DNA from: Raillietiella orientalis
Taxonomy: Eukaryota
Reading direction: 5' to 3'
Assembly (NCBI GenBank): GCA_036172245.1
Contig: JAYWIR010000002.1
Span: 2,728,001 to 2,792,000 of the forward strand
Length of the DNA stretch: 64,000 nt
Part shown: in pieces, positions 49,068 to 60,900 of the stretch
Layout: each line of letters opens with the position of its first letter
Position numbering within the stretch: the stretch's first letter is position 1
The notes under the pieces: model-generated
The model's database searches: none
What the model saw: the letters and a program-made list of their open reading frames with translations, nothing else
What the model was told of the DNA's origin: nothing
Translations under genes and position numbers: made by a program

Positions 49068-50267
49068 ATGTTGAGACAGTGGCCGAGCCTAGAATTCCGA
49101 TTGAAGAATTCTGTAAACGCTAAAACGGACGACTTTCCCAGAAAACCATTCAAATATCCTATAAGGAGAAAAATAATATTGCCGTGTGAAAGCAAGGTGG
49201 CGATTGAAAAATCCAGGCCTGTTGCCAATACCGACGGCTGCATGTTTGCAAAGGTACTACTAAAGCATCCATGTGGCTTTTGTTCTGCATTGCATCCAAG
49301 CATGGCACCCGATGGTGTCCGCCTTCACGATTCATGCTTATGCAGGTCGTGCCAAAGGCTGGAGAGAAACATAAGGAAAGATAACGAATGCTCGAAGAGT
49401 GAGAACATCTACCATCCTCCTAGATGCGATGAACAGGATCTAAAAGGGAGAGACACTCACCTCCCTCTCAATCGCAAAAGGTCCTCACCCAGAAGGAGAA
49501 GCCACGTGCAGAAGAAGCAATTGGGGAAGAGCGAAATTTCTGATCTAGTCGATCGATACCAAGTGTTGTCTCTTACGACTCTCATCCAAAACAAGGAAGC
49601 AAATCATCTCCGAAACATCGAGGTGTGTTCTAGCAAGCATGGCGAACGTGCTCATCGTGCTGCTTGTCCAAGTAATCCTTCTTCCAAAATCAAAAAGCTT
49701 GAAAAGGAAACCATCTACGTGAGAAGAAAAATTAAATCTTCTGACTTCCATAATAGATGCAGTTCCATAAAACAAAGCACGAGGAAGAAAGAGGACTTTT
49801 ATGTACCGCGCATGCAACACCCATCCGTTTGCCCGCCAGAAGTTTTCTATGGGAACGTTTCTTTGGAAGCACTCAAAAACCCATTGGAATTGAGGTTTCA
49901 GCAATTTTCTCAAATAGGATGCGGATATACGAACGTTGTGGGATCAAATGGAGAAAACATCTCCATATCTCAAATTATTAAATGGTATAAGCAAGCTGGA
50001 CTGATTGGTGAAATGAAATATAAATTACATGACATAACCATTACATTTCATAAATTTCGGAAACCTCGTATAAGTTTTAACGAATTCGTTCTTCTTTGTG
50101 ATGACTTAGCTTATGATAAAGATTTGGATCCTTGGAGGCTTAGATGGAAACTAATATCATGTGGATCGCCTTATGGCTTTGTACCACGTGTTGAAGGAGT
50201 GTACAAGCGATTAACGGAGCCAAAGTACTATCACTTTTCTCATCAGCATGAGCCAGTACTCTTTTAA
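49068..50267 (+). CDS. Intronless TPPP/p25-alpha family protein with long basic N-terminal extension (399 aa from first ATG)
   Basis: Single 1.35-kb open frame (48912-50267; first ATG at 49068). The C-terminal part (about 49884-50264) LELRFQQFSQIG..GENISISQIIKWYKQAGLIG..HDITITFHKFR..FNEFVLLCDDLAYDK..KLISCGSP..VYKRLTEPKYYHFSH aligns with the recalled arthropod TPPP/ringmaker pattern (FKxFSKFG..ITLSQSDKWMKQA..DTGIHFKK..FLDDLAK..KLASCGAP..VDRLTDTSKYTGSH). AATAAA at 50292-50297. Confidence 0.8.
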   Translation: MLRQWPSLEFRLKNSVNAKTDDFPRKPFKYPIRRKIILPCESKVAIEKSRPVANTDGCMFAKVLLKHPCGFCSALHPSMAPDGVRLHDSCLCRSCQRLERNIRKDNECSKSENIYHPPRCDEQDLKGRDTHLPLNRKRSSPRRRSHVQKKQLGKSEISDLVDRYQVLSLTTLIQNKEANHLRNIEVCSSKHGERAHRAACPSNPSSKIKKLEKETIYVRRKIKSSDFHNRCSSIKQSTRKKEDFYVPRMQHPSVCPPEVFYGNVSLEALKNPLELRFQQFSQIGCGYTNVVGSNGENISISQIIKWYKQAGLIGEMKYKLHDITITFHKFRKPRISFNEFVLLCDDLAYDKDLDPWRLRWKLISCGSPYGFVPRVEGVYKRLTEPKYYHFSHQHEPVLF

Positions 50268-53200
50268 ATGCGCTGGGTATTGGAACTACATAATAAATTG
50301 ATTTTGAAAATCAGTGCAATTACTGGATCAAAGAGCCGTGCGTGCGTACAAGAAGTAGTGTGGAGGTGACACGGATGGAAGTGCGGTTTTCAATTTTTGT
50401 TACTTGCTGTGGTAACGTATTTGCGATGCTTTTCCGATACGCATCTTTTCTGGAATCATGATCTCGCGAAATCGGGATCTCTATTCAGCATCCCCGCACT
50501 CCTTCTCCTGATAGAAACACCCCAGTTGAACCATTTTTCTCATATTCTCTTGAGATTATCCTTATTTATTCTTGATCTCCACGAGTTTGGGTCATGCCAT
50601 CTGGGTTGAAATTACAAAGGGTTGATGAAAAACCAGCCCCATTTTTCAAAATAGAATGCACTGATCGTTAGTTACTAGGAACAATGTGCCTTATTTAATA
50701 CACTTATCTATGAATTCAGCCATCTCCTACGTTCGCTAAAGTAACTCACTGATAGGCAGATGTTAGTAAGCAGAACACTGATAAACAATGTCATCAGTAG
50801 AGAGATACTCTGTTTGTGCTCCACGTGTCTGACCACGCTTGAGATAATTCAGCCCTGAAGGGTAGGTATGGCAGCCATTTCCATCAACAGCTCGTCATCC
50901 TCGTCTCAGGGAAGTGCAATCCACAATTCTCGATCTATCGCATCCAGATACTTCACTCCGAGAGAAAATCAGAAGGAGAGACACACATGAGCATTGGTCC
51001 TTAAAATCCTTTGCGAAACAATTTCTTTCCCAATATTCTAATGTCTTGAGAGATGAATCCTTCCTCGAATCAGGGATTTGGAAAAACTCCAAAACTTCAC
51101 TCTATAATGGACTTACCAGTTCCACATCACGCAACAATCAGGTATCAACCTAACATAATCAGAAGTTATCCCATCCAAGGAATATCCTGGCAGTTCAACA
51201 TACCTCTATAAAAATTTTCTTTCTTGACCATGGAATGGAGATGCAGCCTCTTGCGAAAAGGAAGAGCGACGTGGGAAGCGACTCTCATTGAGCTCTCTTC
51301 CACGAAGATGCAGAGAGTGCGAGAGTAGTCTGGGAGACGAGGGCCTCCACACCGGGATGACCGCTTCTTACAATGAACGGCAACAGAAACTGTCAGTTCG
51401 GACAAGCAGGAAGGTTTAGACAAGTGATGATATCGACGGAGAAGAGACAGATATTTTCAGCCTGGGGATCTGCTTGGGTCCGGAATCTCCACACGCACGT
51501 GCGCGTGCGTATGCAATCTTATTTGGGGACAGTAGGAAAATCTGCATGATGGGAACAAGAGACTTTGGGGAAGCTGAAGGATGGGACAAACTGGAAAACA
51601 GAAGGCAATGTGATCGAAGAAAGACCAAGAATGCAATCCAAACGTACGTTTGAAGATCCTCCAAGGATCTTTTCGAACATTCTGTGACGCAAATCCAATC
51701 ACAAATCCTTGAGCTCTAGTGACTTCGATGTTAGAGACGATCAAATGCTCTCATAAACAGGTCATCTCCCCCCCCCCCCCTTCCCCCTCTTCTGAATGCG
51801 AACAAGAAAACTCTCTTTGATCTGTTTTATCGAGTATTGGTTTAATTTCTTCTACAACATCCGGTGAGCGAAACGAAGAATACAGATTCTAAACAGCCGT
51901 GCAGCACATGGAAATATGTTCCACATTTATTCTCAATAGCTGTTGAACCATCTCTGTTCTATCGAAACAAGAATGAAAGAGCTACTGCGGGAAGGAGATA
52001 TCCGATTCTCTCGATCCGGGAGACTGGACCTGGATGATTGCTATTCTGACTGTAAGTTCACATTCAGCGACCAGCTTCCAGGAGCACTTGCTAGAGGCCC
52101 CAATCCTGTATCCTCCTTCAGATATGAGACTGCGAAGTCCAAAGCGGAGAGGTCCTTGCTAGATTCCGGAGAAAATATGTAGAGATCGATTCTATCAACA
52201 ATGCGATCCTGTGGGAAAAGCTCTTAGCTGCACTTGCTGTTTCCATGTACAACACTAATCTCTACAACTGACACTGAATCCCTCTATAGACCTTTTTTTT
52301 TTCTTCTCATTAGCAAGGGCTCATGACCTAGAAAAGAATCAGATTTTCTAAACGTGAAAATCATGGGAAAATGGAAGTGAAGTATAATGATGAAATGGCT
52401 GCAAGAGGAATGCTTTCAACAGGTTTTCAGCGAAGAAGGATAACCAAGGGATAACCTTCCTAAGGCAGCAACAGTGCTTTTAAATCGAACGAGTCCTTCT
52501 ACCCTAAGATTTTTGTGAAGGACTGAAGGGAGGTTCCAGCTTTAAAAGTAGGTCCTCCCATAAGTGGATTCATCATAAGTAGTTCCATCAACGTAGATTA
52601 AATTCTAATAAATGAGAAAAGATGTCTTGGAAATCTAGAGATTATTTCCTCTCCAAGTCTGACATACTCATTAGGAAGAAGAATGTACGTAGCTCTTTCA
52701 CATATCCCTCTTAGCATCATTGAAACAAGACCCAACCGACTTAGCCATAGATATTATTCGGGCTTCTAGGCGGAAAACTATCGCGAAAGCACTACGCTCT
52801 TCTGGAGCAGATAATGACAACAGGAATTCCGCAGCTTATCCAAATTATCCTAATCGTGTTTGTATTTTCTTGCTTCCAATTCAGGAAAGCAAGGAACAGA
52901 AATGTGGCGAAAGTGGCATATGAGCCATCAGACGTCGTCGCAAAATCCATTTATCTTGATGGCAAGTTTCATCAGTACGGCACAATATTTTTGCTCTCGA
53001 GTGCAATACCGCTGGGAGAAGAATACAAAGAGTAATAAAGCTGTCTTGTTCCCAACATACTGATACTCTTAGTGAAGAACACGAAAGGTTTAGTCTACCT
53101 TGCCACCGCGAATAACGAGATCACTAAAAAAATCCAAAGTTGTTCACTAAAAAGATTCAAAGATCCAAGCCTTCCTTCCTTATGCTGCACATATGGACTC

Positions 53201-55899
53201 CATCTTCCGCAGATACCATCCATTCCGGCGGAGGGTGAAATGAAGTTCACCATGACTAGGCAGCAGCAAGTCACTGCTCTGCATGTCTGTTATCCTCGGA
53301 GTCATTTTGCTATTGGAAGCGATCATGAATCGGAAAAATGCAAAGTGGTACAAAAATCCGAGCACCCACAGTATGATTTCCTGAGTGGCCGCTATCGACC
53401 TTCTCTGGAGCACGCAAGCCTTGTGCACGCCATGTCTACTAAGGAAATGACTTCTTCGCTGAACATTTCTTCTCTCTGCTTTTGTCATCTTTGTTGCAGT
53501 AAAATATCATCCATCCCTACTGAAGTGCCAAACTTTTTGTTTATAAAGAAATGATGTGTGCAACTAGGAGTTCCACCATGTATTCTCTTTTTGTCACCTG
53601 CGAAATCTCTCTTCTAGTAGCTATAGTCGGTGGCGAATTCGGAATCACTTTAATGCTCACATTTGTTTTTACACCCTCCTGACATTTATACATTGGGAAT
53701 ATCTTTTCCAAGATATCACAGGGTTCCGTGGCATCGCAAAGGCACAGACGAGAACACTCATTCATATCATTCGTATTTTCCAGCAGGACCAATGAAGAAA
53801 AGGACACAAACACAATAATGTAAAGAGTTTGTTACAAAAAGTTTGTGTAAATGCTATACTGTGCAGGAATTTCTGGGAATCTTGTAACTTCCAGGATGAG
53901 GAGTTAAAAAAAATACGTTGGCATATCGGAGACAGAGTCAGACACAGTCAGGGTGTCCCCTGACTATTCTTTGAAAACGCAAAGCGCGCTTCGATCTCCA
54001 GAGCGAGCTCATTATTTCAATCAAGAGGAAAATTGGTTGTTTAGGAGCGAGATGGAATCAGGAACTATGCGATCGGCTACAAACGCAAAATTTGTGCTGC
54101 GAAACAAGCAGCATTGAACTTCTGTTTTTTGCTGCATGTCAGAGATGCGCTCTGTGAGTATGTCAAACGGAAAACATGTGTTCCTCACTCAGTCGAATGA
54201 TCATTGAGAAGAAATCACTTGGTCACTTTTGGTGCATACACTGCCTATTCGACACTTCCGCTTCGCAACGCAGCAGGAGAGTGGAAAACCAGAATACGCC
54301 TTTGGGTAATTCGATTTCATGTGTTCTCAACTGTGAATCAAATTTGTTACAAGAATGATTTCTAGACGATGTTTTCCTTGGGTTACCATTGTGTGATGAG
54401 AAGAAAAAAAAGCAAATACTTGCTTCTTTGGTAGAAATCACTCATATTGCTGAATGAGAAGAAGTTGGCTGTATTATCTCTAAGCATGCGATTGTGCCCG
54501 ATACGCTTTAAATCCATAAGAGTTCTACGAGTGTGAATTCCAATGGAATCAAGCAGAAGATAATCTTGTATAAAAGTGTTTACTTTGTTATATTATCTCT
54601 AGTATTAGGCATACAAGTATCTTTGCAAGCTGTTCGAGATCGACTTGCTAGGTACCTATTGTGACCAAGGATCAGACTCTAGTGAGCTGTGGGCTTTCCC
54701 GAAGGAAGCTTGGGGCGCTAAGAACTTTCTTTCATGCGAGACCAATCATCCACAAGCGTTTTGCATACTTCATAAAGAAGAATAAACAACCGTGAGCTGA
54801 ATTAGAATAAGAGAATCAAAAATTGTCTAAATCTCTTAAGGACATCAACCTTTGTAAAATATGGGCCAAGAAATAATTCGCACTGAGGAAACGGTTTGAA
54901 CCTGTTGAGATCAACCCGTTCATTGAAGAATTTTCCCATCCTACTTTACAAGATGTGGTGATGAAAAACAAAAAAGAAATCTCAGAACCACTTTTGGGCG
55001 AGGACGCAAGACTACATATTCAGACCCTTTTTACTGGTGACTGTTCCAAGGCCACCAAGCTTTTTAATGGGATGAGCGTGCTCTAGCGAGCTTCTCGGGG
55101 ACATGCCTAGACAGTTCACCATGACGGCAAACTCTGCTGCCGTAGTCGAATGAAAATTATCCTTCCTTTGTCATTTAGGAATCAACCCATATGCGTTATA
55201 CTAACAGAGGAAGTGTTTGTCCAATTCACTGTCTCACTATTCCTCCATACAGACATCAGCCAATTTATTGGGAAATGATGCAGACAGCGGAATTTAGATA
55301 GATGTAACTTCTCTCAACTCAGGACGTACTGGACAACTTGTTTACGCGTGTGGGAGGACACTAAACAGAAAATTATTGAATTTCTTACTTTGCTCTTCGA
55401 GGAATCGATCCCAGTGGAAGAGCTCTCATAGCATTGCTTAACCTTTGCCCCGATACATGTCTCAATGACTGAAAGAACATGCGAGCAGTTCTGGCCTTGA
55501 AGTCCCAATCTGTTGTTGTAGCGTCACTTCTACAGATTGGCTACATTATGGGAAAGCTGTTCCCAATGTACGCAAGGACACTACAGTCTAGGCGTACGCT
55601 GCAGTGGCCCTCTGCAAGTGGCCTCCTCTACGGCTCAGAAACTCCACTTCGCTCCGGAGTCTTCGAGCCAACTGGAACGCTCCTGCTTCTCCATTCGCTT
55701 GTCGACCGGTCGCAGCAATGCTGTCTCAAGGGAGGACGATCTGCATCCTTGGATACCTCTCGTCAGGGTAGCCCTAGAAAGGGCAGCTGGAAAATCAATG
55801 CAGTCTTCCGATTCCAATACTTAGCTTGCTGTGCAGAACCTACTGCATTGTTGGCTGCCATACGGGGCACCTCTCTGACGGTGCCCCGGATGCTCAGAG

Positions 55900-56800
55900 T
55901 GAGATCTTCGGCATACGATGCCTGTAAGGGTCTGCATCAGAGGGTTATCTTTCCGACCAGGAATGCTTAACCAGGAAGCATCCTTTACCACGGCTCGCTC
56001 TCGTGTTTCCTGGGTTAACCTCCTCCAAGCTTCTCAAGAAAAAGATGAGAGCTTCTTGAGATGCAGCATCGAAAAGGCATCTCTTGCAGCCACGCGAAAG
56101 CGAAGTGGCGCGCCTGGTGAAAGTCCGGCGCAAGTATTTGCCCACCAATACGGCCACAGTTGGCTATTCGCAAGGAGAAACTCACTTTCTGAGCTCTTGC
56201 GCCAGGATTCTCCCATCTTGATCATCGGACGCTACTAGCACAAGTTGACATCCACTGAGGCGTGATTCTCCCCTGTTTCCTCCTTTGGTGACTCCACCAA
56301 GAGCTTTACAAAGGTGGGCTGAAAGCTGCAGGAAAGATCGCATTAACGCGAAGGGGAACGGCAACTGCAAAACGCTCCTCAGAATAATAGCGCGCAAATA
56401 ACGGCCACCTGACCAACGGTCAGGTTCGCACGGAACAAGATGCGAGACAACCGCAAGGTAAAGAAGCATGGTGCCCATAACTTATCTCCTTGCAAAACCA
56501 CCACTCAGCCTCTGCAGCCCCTGCTCCGCACATTCACAGGGTTTTCCTGCTTAGCATGGTGAGACGGGAAACACCGGGTCAGGCGGGCAGATGGAATGCC
56601 TGAGATCCTGCAGCAACCACTTTTTTCGAGGGAAGGGCATGTTCTTCGCCGGTTTAAAGGACCGCAGAGATCGTGCGGACACTCGAGTGTCAAATCTTTC
56701 CTCGAAGGTTTCCAAGCAACTTTGAAACTGCGCCTCGCTCCCTGCAATGTTTCGGCTCTTCCGCTCGCTTATGCTGAGGACGTTGACTCGGATCGTACTT
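55900..56800 (-). mobile_element. Degenerate non-LTR retroelement fragment (APE endonuclease-like)
   Basis: Minus-strand eroded APE motifs in order: NVRSRG, VVVLQGDKL (cf. LQET), GGRYLRAII, LVASD (cf. GDFN), SQEALI, RGKG. GC-rich island. Confidence 0.4.
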
Positions 56801-56920
56801 AAGAGTGTATTTTCATCACCAAAGTGGAAGATATGCTCGATAAAATTATATTTCTTTGGTACTTAACTAGTGATAACTGCCGTGAGAAATTCAGCTTTAC
56901 GATTCTGGCTTACTTTTATA

Positions 56921-57001
56921 CCCTGTTCAAACATTGTGTTATGGCACGCCACACAGGTGACGGCACATCACACAATGCTTGAACAGGGTTTAAAGGGTTA
57001 A
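56921..57001. repeat. 32-bp imperfect inverted repeat (hairpin); possible piggyBac-type MITE remnant
   Basis: ccctgttcaaacattgtgttatggcacgccac (56921-56952) is the near reverse complement of gtgacggcacatcacacaatgcttgaacaggg (56957-56988), with a 4-nt loop. It is followed by tttaaagggttaa, which resembles a piggyBac GGG-TTAA end. Confidence 0.6.
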
Positions 57002-57981
57002 CTACCACCTTGTATTCGTAGAAAGAATTTGAATTTTCATGCTGACCTTACCCATCGATATTGTCTGTGTAAATTGATGTTTACAAAAAGGTAAGAAAAA
57101 AATTACGTTTTTGTGACTGCTACCTTCGTAATCATAAATATTGTGTCTACCTACTATCACAAATATTTAAAATATAAAACTTAAATAGTGAGCCCAGAAC
57201 CTTAGCTTACTTTTTCCTTTATTCATTCTTTGGATGAATACTATCAGCAAAACTTAAACCATTTTACTTATTTACGATTTTGCAACTTACACTCTCGGCA
57301 TTAAAAGTATGTTCAGTAAATCAAGATGAAAAAAGTCAACATGTAAGCTGATACCTTAGTTCAGTTCTGTGTCTGAAATAGAAGCAGTTGGAAAGGAAGG
57401 GATGGAACTTTGCAAGCAAAAAACCTGAAAATGGGCTTCTCATTTTTAAACAAGTTTCAGAAGTTTCAAGATTTGTGATTCAATCAATATGAATTATTAA
57501 AATTATTCTATCTGCTTGAATACAGCTTCAGGTTTTGGATCAAAAATACCGACAAGAAAGCAGCAGTAATACGGAAACCAAAGAAACATTTGAAAGCAAT
57601 GAATAAACTACAAAATGCTTATCCACAAACGTAACTGCTTAAAGATGCTTCCTGAATATTTATAAAGTTGTCTACTACAAACTCATCAAGTTTAGAATAT
57701 GACAGCAATTTCGTTCATTGTAAAGCATGTAAAATCTTACCAAAAAATTTCTGAAAACAGAATTTTGATATTTAATTGGCAATATGAGTTTCTACACATA
57801 TATTTAATTATCTTACATGACATGCATCAGAACTGAGAATAGAACTGAAATGAAAATGCAGCAACCATCACAAGGTAAAGATCTAAGTTTGGATCAATGC
57901 CAGATGTAAGCATATCAAATGCAAACACTAATTGCATCAAGAATTATAATTTATTTGAAATATAAATAATGGAATGATTGG

Positions 57982-60900
57982 TTATAATGATGAATTAGAT
58001 GGTATCCATAGTATTCGGCCTTGCTCATGTTCAACTGCTGATTTGATCTGTGAACAAATATAGAACATACTTAAACCTGCATTAATTGTTGCTAAGGAAT
58101 AAAATTAGCATACATAGGATAATTCCATGTATTACCTGTAATCACATTATGATACTGCACCTCGAGTTTGCTAGCATGTTCAAACATTTCTTTGGCTTCC
58201 TTCACAGAAATTCGGTCAGCAGACATATCACTAAGTTCTCGTATATGTTTGTTTGACTTAAATTTAATAAATAACACAATAGGGTAGACATGATTGTGAT
58301 GAAGTCGCTCTACAATATCAGATTCCATCTCCAATAGGCAATGTTGCTTTCTTTCATTGACTTCACAGACAGATTGGATTGTAACACATTCAAAAAGTGC
58401 ACCCATTTGCTGACAACTTATAATGTCGAAGTTACTTGAAAGTTGTGAGGCCTGGATCATTTCTGTAACTGGGTGTCCAAAAGTATGAGGAAAACTCTTT
58501 GGAAGTTTATCAAGGAAAAACGATGTTAAAGGTCCAAAAATTACAACTGGACGCAAAATTTGACCTGAAAATGGAAGGAAGAAGAAAACAACCAAATTCT
58601 AGTTGCCTGTAAATAACTCACAATCCAAGGGCTCAACTCGCTGATAACATAATACAGAAGAATTTTCTGGGTTTGGTATGGTTGTCATGTCACCAGTTAC
58701 CACTGCTCCTGCATCTGAAAATGAAGCCAACTCTCTAGAATGTCTTGACGAGTTCCGGCTATGTTTTTTTCGTCGGAAAAAGCTACGTCTTGCAGAAGAG
58801 AAAGTTTTTTTTGAAACATCTCCTTCCAGATCAGCATGATTCCGTATGAATACTTCTTCCTCAATTCTACGATTCGCTGAAATCAACGAAAACACTTATA
58901 GATTTTTACAGTACTTGTGCTTGCTGGGAATAATTCCACACTTCACTTTGTTGCCTTCTTCATCAAGGAGCCAAGCTCTCCAGAATCCAGGTATATCACT
59001 AATGATAGTGCCATCCACATGCAGTACATCTCCTTTCTTGAACTGCAGTACTGAAGCATCATACTCATTCTTCCCATCAACTAATGCTCGGATATAGAAG
59101 CTATCTCCTGCTAATTCACGGATTTCAAGGTAACCTAAATGAAACTCAGCAAAATCCAATAACATCATGTACTCACGGGAATAATCATACAACACCACTA
59201 GGTGTACTTTATCACAAGTTTTTGCCAACTCAAAGGCAGCCTGCTCAGCTGTAGTGGATCGTAAGTCAACACCGTTGCATTCAAGCAAACGATCACCACA
59301 ACGCAAACCCGCACAACACCCAACACTATCTTGCAGGACATTATGGATAAAAATACCCACTGCATTTCCTCCAATTAAGCTGATACCCATATCTGAAGCA
59401 GGACTAAGTATTACAGTCCGTTTTCCAGATTCGCAACTTTCTTTGTTGACTCTGTAAAGATCAAAATGCAATCTTCAGTCTGTTCCTCACAACAGTCTTT
59501 TTTTACATAGTATTTGAAGATGGTGATGGTAAATGACCCTCTTTGAGTGTGCTATTGGGTGAACATCTTACATTATCTAGTAATATCCCCTGCAATGTGG
59601 AAGAGTTACTCTCTGTGGACTGATCAATGTAAAGAAATGGTCTTGTTAATTTAGGTGAGTTGCATGGAGTTGGGGAGCCACTGTGCGAATGGCTGCTGTT
59701 GCTACCAGTGTAACTTGTAAGCTGGTCTTTTGACTCCTGCAATTCTATTTGAAAACTTGCACAAGAAGACAAATTCATAAAGAAAATGCTTACTATCTGG
59801 GCAATACTGCACTAACATGGTCATGGCATCACCACACTGACGAAGAACACTAGCTGCTAATTCATATGTCGCATTCCGCATATTGATGCCACACACTTCC
59901 AAAAGTTGATCACCTACTTGTAAACCAGCTTTTGCTGCAAGACTATTGCTGCCAACAGATGACACAAAGATGCCTCCTGAATTCAGTGAGCGAATCTGAA
60001 TGCCTAAAGGGCCAGCTGATTTTTCTATGTAAATACTACGCAACTTGCAAATCTTGTTTCTGCAGAAGTTTGGTATCATGTGGTAAATTAGGTTGCAATT
60101 GCCTTACGTTTTATCCCAATATGTAAGTGGAGAACAGCTTGCAGAGAGATGATCCAAATTGCAGTCTGGCAAATTGTCCTGATCAGAATCAGCATCCATA
60201 CCATTTGTCGCTAATTTACCCACAAAATCGCAATGTGAATCATTTGATTTGGCAGGAACCCTTGGATACACATTAAAACAAAATGCGATTACATTCAAGC
60301 AGTACCTTATTCTTGGTAAATTTCTTTGTCTTGGAATCGTGCTCTGGGGTTCATAGGAGACATAATCCGTAAACAAACATTCAGAGCCTGATTTCGCAAA
60401 GTCTACACTGCTTCCTGAATGAAATGAGGGAGCAGAAAGTTCTCTTGCTAATAAGGACCCTGAACTGAGATCTCCAGAATTGTAAGGGGAATAATAAGTC
60501 TGTAAAAAAATTCAAAACTTGCATCATAATTTTCGCAGAATCTCCCAGCTTACCTCACAGCATTTCGAATCTTCAGCACAATACACTGGCTTATAGTCCA
60601 ACTGCTTTTCCAAAAAAGGGGGCAAGGATGTTCTATCCAATCTTTTAGTGTTCATGAAAGGAGGAGGAGATGCATACGGGGGTAGAGTACTATGCCGTAA
60701 GGTGTGAATGTGGGGAGGATGAACAGGAAGAAAAGATTGTATAGGAAAGCGCATTACTATATTTGGAGAACAGGAATGAGCAATAATTTTTTGACTAGAA
60801 TCACTTGGCCGATATGTGGACAAACGTGCTGGCTCCACAGGACTCATATTAGACTCACTATCACTTTGGCTCCATTTGTTACCCTTCCTCTTCACATAAT

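Noticed and set aside
50300..55000. Several 60-160 aa ORFs (e.g. 53072-53554)
   Set aside because: No recognisable motifs, mostly non-ATG starts, and no coherent splice chain.
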